Part shown: positions 30,230 through 39,363 of the stretch, in pieces
Layout of the letters: each line of letters opens with the position of its first letter
How positions within the stretch are numbered: the first letter of the stretch is position 1
NCBI GenBank assembly: GCA_016187335.1
Contig: JACPJW010000001.1
Location: 224,001-288,000 of the forward strand
Source: Candidatus Aenigmatarchaeota archaeon
Lineage (GTDB): Archaea > Aenigmatarchaeota > Aenigmatarchaeia > GW2011-AR5
Reading direction: 5' to 3'
DNA: 64,000 bases
Notes under the pieces: generated by a model
What the model saw: only the letters and a program-made list of their open reading frames with translations
Databases searched by the model: none
Told to the model about the DNA's origin: nothing
Translations under genes and position numbers: made by a program

Positions 30230-30400
30230 TGCGGGAGACGAGATTCGAACTCGCGAAGCGAATCGTCACCTTTTCCGTGCACGCTTTTGCACAGCAAAAG
30301 GGTGCTAACGCACTACCCGTTTGCGAACCTTCCCTTTTGATTGAACTTTTGGGAAAAGTTCACCTCAAGGTAGCCCCTTTGGCCGCTTGGGTACCCCCGC
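30230..30400 (-). tRNA. tRNA-Leu(GAG) with two introns (37/38 at 30319-30362; variable arm about 30261-30305)
   Basis: GCGGGGG/CTCCCGC-A acceptor; CTACC-TTGAGG..GGTAG anticodon arm; GAGTTCGAATCTC T-arm. Confidence 0.9.
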
Positions 30401-30471
30401 AATGCATTAAAATTATTTAAGCTCCCTTTGGATGCAAAAGTATTTTATGGCAAAATACAAAAGTATGATTA

Positions 30472-30816
30472 ATGAGCGATTTAACCGCTACATTAGAACC
30501 GCCTTATAGGATGAAAGAGCCTGAAAAAAAAATAGAAGCGAAATTCCCGTATGAAACCGTGATTGGGGGCAAAACAGTAACGGTTGTGGGGGGAACAGTG
30601 CTGGGTGAACATGGTGGATACAGAAGGGTAAGATTGTATATAAGAGGGTGGCATGATATTGACTCTCTCGCAGTTATGCATAAAGGTCATACTGGGGAAG
30701 AAACTGTAATTGAAAGATATGTATTAGTACCTGTTCTGACTGTTAACGTATTGCCTGTGCTGCCTGTTGAATGCCCTGTTATTGGAAAATTATACGAACC
30801 TGCTGGCAGAAGATAA
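30472..30816 (+). CDS. Hypothetical protein (AT-richer than neighbours)
   Basis: ORF with upstream TATA-like element; no recognised motif. Confidence 0.5.
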   Translation: MSDLTATLEPPYRMKEPEKKIEAKFPYETVIGGKTVTVVGGTVLGEHGGYRRVRLYIRGWHDIDSLAVMHKGHTGEETVIERYVLVPVLTVNVLPVLPVECPVIGKLYEPAGRR

Positions 30817-30857
30817 AAACATACGTAATAAAAACAGAAATCATGAGCAAATTTTTC

Positions 30858-31001
30858 TCAGCACTTCTCGCACATCGTGCCGCAGTGCATGCCTGATTTG
30901 CTTGATTTGTAGCCGCAGTGCACGCACATGTACATATCCTTCGGCTTCGCTGCCTTTCTTGATGCTTTCCTTGCTTTGGATGCCTTTCTTCTCTTTGCCA
31001 C
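30858..31001 (-). CDS. 47-aa basic Cys-rich microprotein
   Basis: Not in ORF track: MAKRRKASKARKASRKAAKPKDMYMCVHCGYKSSKSGMHCGTMCEKC; SD AGGTGA before the GTG start. Confidence 0.6.
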   Translation of the reverse strand: MAKRRKASKARKASRKAAKPKDMYMCVHCGYKSSKSGMHCGTMCEKC

Positions 31002-31084
31002 CAGAATCACCTTGAAATAAAATTGGAAGAAATCTTCTTAAGCGGGAATTTCAAGGAAAGGTATCACTCGGAAGATGTGAAAAA

Positions 31085-31264
31085 TGCTCCCGCCGGGATT
31101 TGAATGCCCGGATCCTTTCAATCTCTAAAGGATCTCCCGGGTCTCCGGCTTTCTTTGATATCATTACAAAGCGTTTCTGCTTTGCTCTAACCTTTCAAAG
31201 ATCGGCTGATTTTTCATGCCGTCGCGAAAGGCCGGAATCCTTGGCCGGTCTAGACTACGGGAGC
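31085..31264 (-). tRNA. tRNA-Glu(UUC) with two introns (37/38 and 53/54)
   Basis: GCTCCCG/CGGGAGC-A acceptor; CCGGC-CTTTCG..A-GCCGG anticodon arm; BHBs CTTT/AAAG and CCCG/CGGG. Confidence 0.92.
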
Positions 31265-31461
31265 ATTTTTGTCAAAATAACATGCTCTAATATGAATCCA
31301 CGTTTTTAGTCGTGGATTTTTATGTGCATGTTATCTCAGATACGCTGTATTTTATCTACCGTCTAATTCATGGAGAGCGAAGCTCTCCTGAATTTCTCAT
31401 AGGACTTCATGAGAAGTCCTTTGCAGAAAAGACGGTAGTTTTCAACGTATCTGAAGATAAA

Positions 31462-31875
31462 CTATGGAGAAACGTTTTTAATATGCTTGCGGGCGGCCTT
31501 TTTCTTCTTAAGAAGCGCCTCCTGTTTTTGTATGAGCACCTCTTGCTTTTTCATCTTCTTTTTTATCAGTTCCTCCTGCTTTCTGATCCTTTTTTCCATC
31601 AGTTCGGCCCTTTCCTTCAGCCGCTTGGCCGTGATTTCGCCCAGTTCCTGCGTCTTTATCAGGGTCCATGCAGCAAGCATGACAAGAATAGTGACAATGA
31701 AAGCTGTCATGAACTTTGCCGACACGCGCTCGCTGGGGGGTATTATTGTCTCTATCCCGCTTCTCAAGGCATCGTTCCAGAACAAGCCTACGACAAACGC
31801 CAGGGCCGTGATTATGGCGCTGGTAAGCATCCCGTGTATATCGCGCTTCCGTGCATGCTCTTCCAGAGTTGCCAT
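31462..31875 (-). CDS. Small membrane protein (DUF5654-like) with coiled-coil tail
   Basis: ITALAFVVGLFWNDALR; two TM helices. Confidence 0.7.
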   Translation of the reverse strand: MATLEEHARKRDIHGMLTSAIITALAFVVGLFWNDALRSGIETIIPPSERVSAKFMTAFIVTILVMLAAWTLIKTQELGEITAKRLKERAELMEKRIRKQEELIKKKMKKQEVLIQKQEALLKKKKAARKHIKNVSP

Positions 31876-31897
31876 GATTATTCCTTGCGGCGCTTGA

Positions 31898-32491
31898 TTA
31901 AATGCTTTGCTGCCGTACTGCTTCCGTAATGTGAGCCGCGGCTATTCTTGACCAGTTCTCAAGGTTGTGCTTCTTCAGGCCTTCCAGAGGCACCAGTTTT
32001 CCTTCCAGGATGTCTTTTTCCCTGACGGCAATCTTGGAGCTGCCTTTGACAACATAGCATACGCCAAAGTGAACCTTGCCCACGTCGTTGCTGTCGTCGT
32101 TGATAAAGCCAAGGGGTTTCGGGCTGAAGCGGCCGCGATAGCGGACCTCTTCAAAGAATTCCCGTTCCAGGGCCTTGCCAATTATTTCAGAAATTTTGCC
32201 GTCCTCTTCCCTTATATGCCCGCCGACGCCGATGCTGTACAAATTGTGCAGCCTTGCTTCGCCGCTGTTTTTCAGGCGCTGCATCATAAAAACCCTGGTT
32301 CCGTGGATAAAAATAATGTAAGGTATTATCTGCTTCAGTGAAGGGTCTTCTTCTACTTCATCCCTGTTTTTGAAGAAAGCATGCCTTTTGATTTCCTCAA
32401 GCAATTTTTCGTTCCCTTCGTAAGGAATAAACCCCTGGAAATCCTTCTTGAGCAGGAATTTCCTCGGGACGACCATTATTTTTTCTTGCAT
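31898..32491 (-). CDS. NUDIX-fold phosphoesterase
   Basis: EEDPSLKQIIPY, GEARLH..YSIGVGGHI, REFFEE, VGKVHFG; start moved to MQEKI. Confidence 0.85.
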   Translation of the reverse strand: MQEKIMVVPRKFLLKKDFQGFIPYEGNEKLLEEIKRHAFFKNRDEVEEDPSLKQIIPYIIFIHGTRVFMMQRLKNSGEARLHNLYSIGVGGHIREEDGKISEIIGKALEREFFEEVRYRGRFSPKPLGFINDDSNDVGKVHFGVCYVVKGSSKIAVREKDILEGKLVPLEGLKKHNLENWSRIAAAHITEAVRQQSI

Positions 32492-32575
32492 ATTTTTCCG
32501 CCAGCGCTTTATCTCATAATATTTTTCTTTCCGTGCACGCTTTTTTTGATGAAACTTTTTTCTAAAAAGTTTCAA

Positions 32576-32822
32576 TGGGTCGGGGCGGATTCGAACCGCC
32601 GGCTTATGCCTCTCATACCCTTGTGACAGTATTTTCCGCCAGCGCTTTTTTGATCAAACTTTTTCTAAAAGTTTGAAAGGGCTGTAAGGGCATCGTCATC
32701 TGTGGTTCGTAGTCTGCGAACCAAGATCTCAAAGACCTACGGTCTTTGCAGATAACCAATTTCTGAACTTTCTTTTGATAGAACTTTTCTTTCTAAGAAA
32801 AGTTCTCTAGACCACCGACCCA
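32576..32822 (-). tRNA. tRNA-Val(UAC) with three introns (two in the D-arm region, one at 37/38 at 32612-32682)
   Basis: GGGTCGG/CCGACCC-A acceptor; GGCGGTTCGAATCCGCC T-arm; ATGCC/GGCAT stem with one extra C in the anticodon loop. Confidence 0.8.
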
Positions 32823-32824
32823 GT

Positions 32825-33267
32825 CATAAACGCATCGCTAATTTTATTTCTTGCGCTTTTTCTATCCATAAAGGTATGCTACCAAACGAGAACTTTTTAT
32901 TATAGGTATTATCCGAATCCGATGAAACCGGCAAAACCCATTCGAATTTGACATTCTCGTCGCTCAATTTAATAGATGACATTTCGGTAGTAGCTAAATA
33001 AATGACACCTATCCTTATTTTCTTATCCCAAAATTTTGCGATATCGACATAAACAGGATAAATTTCATCTGGAACTATTTTTGTTTCTTCTTCGACTTCA
33101 CGTAAGATCGCCTGTTCAAGCGTTTCACCTAGATGTACTTTCCCGCCCGGCAGGTCCTAGGTGCCGGATTTATGGCCATACTTCTTACCTGCCTGAAGCA
33201 GCAGTACCTTGTCATTCCTGAATATCACGATTTTCTGAAACACGCCGTCTGGGATGAATTCAGCCAT
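32825..33267 (-). pseudogene. NUDIX hydrolase pseudogene
   Basis: TAG at the Trp position of WDLPGG plus a 1-nt frameshift before VHLGETLEQAILREVEEET. Confidence 0.8.
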
Positions 33268-33269
33268 GC

Positions 33270-33830
33270 TTATTCCTCGTGAAGGTATTTGTCAAGCGGA
33301 TGGTGCTCTTTTTCATAGTATTTCAGTGCTTCCTCTATAATCGAGATGTCCTTGGCTTTGGCGCCGCTGGAGAAAAATTCAACAATGAAAGATGCCGCCT
33401 CGTCCGCGTCCGCGGCGACCTTGTCGCATGTTAGTTTGACAAAGGGATGAATCCAGTCTCTGAATACCTTGCCCATGATTTTCTTTTCATGCCTGTTGAA
33501 GCGTCCTCCTTTAGGCGCTATGCCTATCAGAGGCTTCTTGAAATGCTTTGCTATAAGCATTTCCTGCGAGGCTCCGATGCCAATGTCGTCTGCAAGGTTT
33601 ACAATTACTATGTCTGCGGATTTTATCATGAACGCATCCCTGCCCACAACGAACCGCTCGTTATTGTCGTCAAAATAAGAACCGTCGTGGTATTTCGAAG
33701 GGTCTAGATTGATTATTTCGAAGCCCGTCTTCTCCGTGAGCTTTTTGCATAAGCTGTCACGCCAGTCATGCGCACCTTCTTCCGGCTCTGTTATGCTTCC
33801 TGCGACGTAAATCTTTATTTTTCTTGTCAT
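33270..33830 (-). CDS. Nucleoside 2-deoxyribosyltransferase-like / N-glycosidase
   Basis: IYVAGSI...WR, D..MIKSADIVIVNL, GASQEM. Confidence 0.75.
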   Translation of the reverse strand: MTRKIKIYVAGSITEPEEGAHDWRDSLCKKLTEKTGFEIINLDPSKYHDGSYFDDNNERFVVGRDAFMIKSADIVIVNLADDIGIGASQEMLIAKHFKKPLIGIAPKGGRFNRHEKKIMGKVFRDWIHPFVKLTCDKVAADADEAASFIVEFFSSGAKAKDISIIEEALKYYEKEHHPLDKYLHEE

Positions 33831-34285
33831 AATTCCCTTACCTCGTGTTTTAGCAGCTTTTTCGCGTCCTTGTCGAAATAAAAGCGCCCGTGGAATTTCC
33901 TGCCGCTGAGCATCAGCGGCATCCAGACGGCGTCGTCCGGCCACATGTCCTTGTACGGCACTTTGCTTACTGGAAACCATTTGGGCGCGGCTTCCTTTGT
34001 TTCCTTTTCAATGCCGTCGTAGTCATCGGCAACAAAAACATGGACATGCCAGTTTACGACATCATACTGCCCGAAGAAAAACTCCAGTTCGCCTGCTTTT
34101 CTGGGGTTGTCCGGGACTATGCCTGTTTCTTCCAAAACCTCGCGCGACGCCGCTTCCGCTATATCCTCGTTCATCCCTACCTTGCCGCCGGGGCCGTTCC
34201 ATTTGCCGGCGCCGAAGCCGCGCTTCTTCTGTATCAGCAGCACCTTGCCGGCCTTGATGACGTAGCATAACGTAGCAGTTGTCAT
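33827..34285 (-). CDS. 8-oxo-dGTP diphosphatase-type NUDIX (MTH1-like)
   Basis: KKRGFGAGKWNGPGGK, REVLEETG, MWPDD. Confidence 0.9.
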   Translation of the reverse strand: MTTATLCYVIKAGKVLLIQKKRGFGAGKWNGPGGKVGMNEDIAEAASREVLEETGIVPDNPRKAGELEFFFGQYDVVNWHVHVFVADDYDGIEKETKEAAPKWFPVSKVPYKDMWPDDAVWMPLMLSGRKFHGRFYFDKDAKKLLKHEVREL

Positions 34286-34289
34286 AGCA

Positions 34290-34616
34290 TCACTCCGGTC
34301 TTTTATGGAATCCTCCATCATCAAGCCTGCGATTCACTTTCTCGTATTTTTCCAACAGGATTTTTTCCGGGTCAGCGCCCAGCTCGGAAAGCAGCAGAAA
34401 GCCGAAGGTTATCACGTCGGCTGCTTCTTCCGCAAGGTCTTTGAAAAACTCTTCCTTGCTTATGGGGTCCCCTCTCTTCAGCTTTTTGACATTGTTGAGC
34501 ACCTCGCCCGCTTCCCCGCCCATTGCTATGGAGTAAAATTCCCAGTTGAACGCCTTGTTCTTGTCGTGCTTCCTGTCCCTTTCGTGAGCAATCCTTGCGA
34601 ACTCGTTTATGTGCAT
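34290..34616 (-). CDS. MazG-like NTP pyrophosphohydrolase
   Basis: GEAGEV...KKLKR...EEAADV. Confidence 0.82.
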   Translation of the reverse strand: MHINEFARIAHERDRKHDKNKAFNWEFYSIAMGGEAGEVLNNVKKLKRGDPISKEEFFKDLAEEAADVITFGFLLLSELGADPEKILLEKYEKVNRRLDDGGFHKRPE

Positions 34617-34617
34617 A

Positions 34618-35466
34618 TCAGACCACACTCCCAAGCCATTTTAGCACCGCTGCGCTTAATTCCTTTTCCCTGCCTTCAAAGCTGTGGTTGGCGCCTTTGA
34701 TTATTTCCCATGCAAATTTTCCGGACCTGGTCTTGCCGGCAAGTATTTCCATATAAGTTTTAACGGGCTTTACTGCGTACTCTTCCTTTGAGCCGAAGAC
34801 GGCAAGCATCGGTATCTTGATTTTGGAAAATATTTTCAGGCCGGAGTCGTAATTGAACAGCTGTGCTTCCGTGTTTTCAGGGTCTGCAAAACTCAGGAAC
34901 CGCTTGGGTGCGAAGCCCCAGAATTCTTTCAAAAGAACTTCTTTACCAGTCATCTTTTTTGCCTTTTTTACAATCTTATCGAAACCCTTTCCTGCCTGCT
35001 TTCTTGCTATGTTGTAATCATCGGCAGGCGCAAGAAGAACCAGTGCCTTCACATTCTTGTCCTTGGTTTTGTATTGATAGAAAGTTATCTTCTGGCATCC
35101 CGTGCTGTGCCCCATTAAGATGATATTTTCATATCCAAGATCTTGCACAGCCTTGACCGAGCCCTTTATGTCGTGTATGCAGTCTTCAAACCTTTCCTTT
35201 GCCGTGCCGAAATACAGGCTTTTTTTGCTGCCTTTTTTGTCAAAACGAAAAACTACTCCCAGTCCCCGGTTACTGGGTAGAAAAAGGTCAAAATTATTTT
35301 TCTTTATTTCATTTACCATGTCTTCGGTTATTGACCATGCAAAGAAACTGTCTGTCATCCCGAATACGTTTATGATTACATTCTTCGTTTTCCTGCCTGA
35401 TTTGAACAGCAAACCCGACAATGCAAGACCGTCCGACGCGTAAAACTTCACGAGTTCTGCTTTCAT
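34618..35466 (-). CDS. Alpha/beta hydrolase (DUF1749-like)
   Basis: GHSTG nucleophile elbow, GSKEEY, GANHSF. Confidence 0.85.
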   Translation of the reverse strand: MKAELVKFYASDGLALSGLLFKSGRKTKNVIINVFGMTDSFFAWSITEDMVNEIKKNNFDLFLPSNRGLGVVFRFDKKGSKKSLYFGTAKERFEDCIHDIKGSVKAVQDLGYENIILMGHSTGCQKITFYQYKTKDKNVKALVLLAPADDYNIARKQAGKGFDKIVKKAKKMTGKEVLLKEFWGFAPKRFLSFADPENTEAQLFNYDSGLKIFSKIKIPMLAVFGSKEEYAVKPVKTYMEILAGKTRSGKFAWEIIKGANHSFEGREKELSAAVLKWLGSVV

Positions 35467-35469
35467 GAG

Positions 35470-35670
35470 CGCTGGGAGAGGGAATTTCCCGACCCTTTCC
35501 ATAATATTTTCTTTTCCGTCGACGCTTTTCTTTCCAAAAGAAAAGGGTCGCTTTGAACCCTCGCGGGCTTTCGCCCACAGGATGTTTACAAGCCTTTCCG
35601 CCAGCGCTTTTCACGTTAGCAAAAAGGGCTGTAGCAATCCTGCGCCGTAACCAGGCTTGGCTATCCCAGC
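35470..35670 (-). tRNA. tRNA-Ser(GCU) with two introns (37/38 at 35584-35631; 59/60)
   Basis: GCTGGGA/TCCCAGC-G acceptor; CAGGA-TTGCTA..A-TCCTG anticodon arm; long variable arm GGGCGAAAGCCC. Confidence 0.92.
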
Positions 35671-35771
35671 TTCTAACCTCATTTCCTTCTTAATATTTTT
35701 AAAGAGGCTTTGTGACACGACTTTTAAGCAAAAACAGCCAGACATCTTTATATTCATGTTAAGCGTATATT

Positions 35772-36086
35772 ATGCAAGGTGATGGCATGGCCATAAACGT
35801 GAAGAGCTATTCCGAATTGACCCGCAAAGATGTTTTTACTGACAAGGGCGTTTACGCCGGCAAGGTCGTTGACGTTGGTCTTGACCTGGAAAGGTTCCGG
35901 GTGCGCTCCCTGGTCGTTGACGCCGTGCGCGGCTCGTTTCTGGCTAATTTGGTAGGCGACAAGAAAGGCGTCGTGATTCCTTTCACGATGGTCAGGAGCG
36001 TCGGCGACATCGTGCTGATAAAGCACATACAGCCGATGATGGAAGAAGAGCAGCCTGCAGCAGCAGAAGCAACGGCAAGGGCTTAA
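35772..36086 (+). CDS. PRC-barrel domain protein
   Basis: KDVFTDKG.YAGKVVDV...IPFTMVRSVGDIVLI. Confidence 0.88.
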   Translation: MQGDGMAINVKSYSELTRKDVFTDKGVYAGKVVDVGLDLERFRVRSLVVDAVRGSFLANLVGDKKGVVIPFTMVRSVGDIVLIKHIQPMMEEEQPAAAEATARA

Positions 36087-36217
36087 GTTTTTTCTTTGAC
36101 CTGATTTATCTATGCGTATCGCAGGTTACGTCCAGATCTGCGTAGGTTCCCCCCAGTCTGGGATTTTGCGCTAAAATCATGCTATCTTTTAATACGTTAA
36201 CCAACAAAATATGCACG

Positions 36218-36745
36218 ATGACTAGTTTTCTTCTTTACGGCCGGGGCGGGCAGGGAGTTGAAACGGCTGTGCGGATTCTGGGCAATGCCCTGCATTCTTC
36301 TGGCATGAATGTCCAGGACTTCGTTCTTTCCGGCATGGAGAGGCGCGGCTTCCCTGTGGAAGGTTACGTGAAATCCGAGAAAGTCCCTATAATTTCAAAG
36401 GACGTCGCGAGCCCTGATTTTCTTCTTGTCTTTGATACCACGCTGCCTCTGGACAACATGCTGAAGCAGTGCAACGAAAAGGCTGCTGTAATTTTCAACT
36501 CAAAGGACCATGTAAAGAATCCGCTGCTGAGAAAGCTGCCGGTAAAAACCTATTTTGTGAATGCCAGCGAAATATCCTACAACTACATGAGGGCAATAAT
36601 GCCCAACACCGCCATGCTGGGCGCGCTGGCGAAGATAAACCCGAAAATAACCTCGAAGAGCCTGAAAAACGCGATGCAGCTGCCCATGCAGCAGGAGAAC
36701 TTGAAAGCCTTTGACGAAGGCTACAGGAACCTGAAAAGGAACTAG
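36218..36745 (+). CDS. porG: 2-oxoacid:ferredoxin oxidoreductase gamma-like subunit
   Basis: GRGGQG, ERRGFPV, NTAMLGA. Confidence 0.85.
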   Translation: MTSFLLYGRGGQGVETAVRILGNALHSSGMNVQDFVLSGMERRGFPVEGYVKSEKVPIISKDVASPDFLLVFDTTLPLDNMLKQCNEKAAVIFNSKDHVKNPLLRKLPVKTYFVNASEISYNYMRAIMPNTAMLGALAKINPKITSKSLKNAMQLPMQQENLKAFDEGYRNLKRN

Positions 36746-36829
36746 TGAACTTTTCAGAAAAGTTCAATCAAAACGGTAGAACTTCTCAGAGTTCTATCGT
36801 GCTCGGAATGGACAGGATGCGTGCTTGAT

Positions 36830-37105
36830 ATGAAAAGTGAAAATGAGATGAAGTACGACGAGAAGAAGCTGCCGGTAGGCGAGGGCATGGAAAAACCCAG
36901 TGTCGCTGAATGGCGGCAGTTCACGCCCAAAATTGACCTTAAGACGTGCACGAAGGATTACAGCTGCGTTGTTTTCTGCCCGCACAACGCCATCAGCATC
37001 AGGAAAGACGGGTTCCCTGAAATAGATTACGACAGGTGCACAGGCTGCCTGATATGCCTGAGGGAATGCCCCGTTTCTGCGATTTCTGAGGAGAAGAATT
37101 TGTAA
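36830..37105 (+). CDS. porD: POR delta subunit (ferredoxin-type)
   Basis: WRQFTP.ID...CTKDYSCVVFCP; CTGCLICLRECP. Confidence 0.88.
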   Translation: MKSENEMKYDEKKLPVGEGMEKPSVAEWRQFTPKIDLKTCTKDYSCVVFCPHNAISIRKDGFPEIDYDRCTGCLICLRECPVSAISEEKNL

Positions 37106-37117
37106 AGAGGATGGATT

Positions 37118-38191
37118 ATGAGCCCGTTGCTAAGCTATTACGAAGCAGCAGCGCATGCCGCCGCGCTTTCTGCTGTTGAGACCGTCCCTGTATTGCCCGC
37201 GCCGCTGGCAGCCGAAGCTTTCAAAGCAATGCGAAAAATACACCAGTGCGATTACGTTGACGTTGAATCGCAGAGCGCGATGCTCGCTTATGCCATGGCT
37301 TCCACCATAGCTGAAAGGCGTTCCTTCACAGCCTCTTCGAACATTTACGCGCTCAACGAAGCCCACCAGGCGTCTTTCATGAGACTGCCTCTGGTCGCAA
37401 CGAACTTTTCGCGCTCTCTGGGAACCTTCACGACAAGAAGCGATTTGACGGATTTATTTTCCTTGCGCGACGCGGGCTGGCTGCTGTTCATTGCCGAGAG
37501 CCCGCAGGAACTGCTTGACACGATAATAATGGCTTACAGGGTATGCGAGGACAACAAGGTGCTGCTGCCGGCTTTGGTGAACGTGGACGGCATAGCCAAC
37601 ATGCGCGAGGTTGTGAATGTCCCGAACAGGAAAATCATAGAAAACATGCTCCCTAAGCTGCGCCTCCCGAGAAAGCTGAAGGACAACAACGTTTTCGGCC
37701 CTCCTGTTTTTGACGAATACCAGGAATTCCGCGAGCAGCAGCAGCTGGCGATGATGAATGCAAAAAAGATGATAAAGACCGCAGGCGAAAAGTGGAAAGA
37801 AAAGTTCAAAAGGAATTATGGCCTTGTTGAAAAATTCTACGCTGATGATGCGGATTATATTCTTGTCACAGCAGGCTTCTATTCGTCATCAGCAAAAAGC
37901 TTTGTTCTGAAAGCAAGGCAGCAGGGCGAGAAAGTAGGCTTGCTGCGCATTCGCGTCGCGAGGCCTTGGCCGTCCGAGGATGTTGCCGATGCCGTGAAGA
38001 ACGCGAAGAAAGCAGCTGTGATAGACAGGGGCGTGTCGCTGGGCTCAACGGGCTTTATGCACAACGAGGTGCGCGCTTCGCACGGCTTTGCTTCTTCATT
38101 TGTCAGCTACAAGCCGCTGGCGGAAAAGGACTTCGCCGACGTCCTGGCAAAACTGAAGAAGCAGGAAAAGCCCGAGACGGTTTGGTTCTAG
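37118..38191 (+). CDS. porA: POR alpha-like subunit, degenerate active site
   Basis: RLPLV..N.SRSL, RDAGW, KVGLLRIRVARPWP; YPITP and ESE motifs altered. Confidence 0.8.
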   Translation: MSPLLSYYEAAAHAAALSAVETVPVLPAPLAAEAFKAMRKIHQCDYVDVESQSAMLAYAMASTIAERRSFTASSNIYALNEAHQASFMRLPLVATNFSRSLGTFTTRSDLTDLFSLRDAGWLLFIAESPQELLDTIIMAYRVCEDNKVLLPALVNVDGIANMREVVNVPNRKIIENMLPKLRLPRKLKDNNVFGPPVFDEYQEFREQQQLAMMNAKKMIKTAGEKWKEKFKRNYGLVEKFYADDADYILVTAGFYSSSAKSFVLKARQQGEKVGLLRIRVARPWPSEDVADAVKNAKKAAVIDRGVSLGSTGFMHNEVRASHGFASSFVSYKPLAEKDFADVLAKLKKQEKPETVWF

Positions 38192-38811
38192 CGGAACTTC
38201 GAACTGTACTTAATAGGCAATACAGGTACTAGCTGTTTTGCGACATGTTGGGCTTGTGGAAGCGTCCTATATTTTACTTCAGGTGAATAGTTTGTTGTGG
38301 CATCCTGCGTTGGATTAAGAACAGTTAAATCGTATTGGTCGGACAATTGCCAGCGGTGATTGCCAGGCCAAACCCATTCTGCAGATCCTCTATTTACAAT
38401 CTTAACGAGCGGATATTCAGATGCTTTATCATAGCCTCGCATCTTCGAGAAACCGAACTGTACGATATCCAATCCTGTCATCCCGTCAAAATTTAATCTT
38501 ACTATTGGATAACGATTTTCAGGTCTGGCTGGATCATTTAAATTAACAAATTCGCCAGCATCAACTTTAACACTATGGCCAGCTATTAATTCAGTTCTTA
38601 TCCCAAGGATATCAGAAAGGGCTCTTCTTAAGTAGGGCTCGAAAACTTTCATCCTTTCGACTGGAAATACATAATATCGGCTGTAATGCAATTCTATTTC
38701 TTCGATACCTCGCAACACATCGAGAACTTTAGCTGTTTCCTCTGCTCTCAGCGTTGCGTCAAGTTGCCACTCGTCTCCTATCAACTTTTCACGCTGCTCC
38801 AGTCTTACCAT
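38188..38811 (-). CDS. Hypothetical protein, AT-richer, convergent with porA
   Basis: 207-aa ORF; no recognised motif. Confidence 0.6.
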   Translation of the reverse strand: MVRLEQREKLIGDEWQLDATLRAEETAKVLDVLRGIEEIELHYSRYYVFPVERMKVFEPYLRRALSDILGIRTELIAGHSVKVDAGEFVNLNDPARPENRYPIVRLNFDGMTGLDIVQFGFSKMRGYDKASEYPLVKIVNRGSAEWVWPGNHRWQLSDQYDLTVLNPTQDATTNYSPEVKYRTLPQAQHVAKQLVPVLPIKYSSKFR

Positions 38812-38893
38812 ACAAAGTCTATTGACAAAACCTTTTTAAGGCTAAATCTCTGAAATCGGTGCATTACCTTATGAATACAATTTAATTACGTCC

Positions 38894-39328
38894 TCATAAG
38901 TCAGCTTCCTTCATTTTTTCGGAGAAGCCCCTTATCGTCTCGAACATGCCTCTTATTCTCTTGCGAAGCACTTCCTCCTGCCCGGAAATGAAGTACCACG
39001 TGGAATATTCGCCGAATTTCCTGTCAAGAACATACCGCTTCACCGGCTCTCCCCGCTTTCCGCTTATCAGGAACAGCTCGTTGTGCTTGGGAAAGCTGTT
39101 TTTCAGTTCAGCAGCCGGCAGCGGCCCTTTTTGCTGCAGAAAGGAGAGAAAATCCGTGACGTTGCCGGCTTCAGGCTTCCTGAGCCCTTTGACCCAGTGG
39201 TAGACGGCAGAATAAGAAATATTGAGTTTTTCAGCTATTTCCCTGACGCTCTTTCCTTCTTCGTGAAGCTGCATGGCCCTTTCGTAATTCCTGTCGTAGA
39301 ACTCCTTTCCCCGGCGCATGCTTTTCAT
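38894..39328 (-). CDS. HTH-domain protein
   Basis: GKSVREIAEKLNISYSAVYHWVKG. Confidence 0.8.
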   Translation of the reverse strand: MKSMRRGKEFYDRNYERAMQLHEEGKSVREIAEKLNISYSAVYHWVKGLRKPEAGNVTDFLSFLQQKGPLPAAELKNSFPKHNELFLISGKRGEPVKRYVLDRKFGEYSTWYFISGQEEVLRKRIRGMFETIRGFSEKMKEADL

Positions 39329-39363
39329 ATGTACACTTGATTTTTGGTTTTGTTTTGATGAAA

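Noticed and set aside
32492-32575. N-terminal extensions in the ORF track (31898-32575, 34618-35502, 10997-12460, 51186-52127)
   Set aside because: They run through repeats, tRNAs or neighbouring genes; downstream starts fit the family N-termini.
32680-32695. Reading the Val-type tRNA as a UUA-anticodon ochre suppressor
   Set aside because: It would need C33 and a pyrimidine at 37; the body is Val-like and the BHB fits a cut after UAC-A.
32825-33267. Stop-codon reassignment (TAG in NUDIX, TAA in VapC)
   Set aside because: The NUDIX also has a frameshift, and TAG and TAA terminate many intact genes here; simple pseudogenisation fits better.
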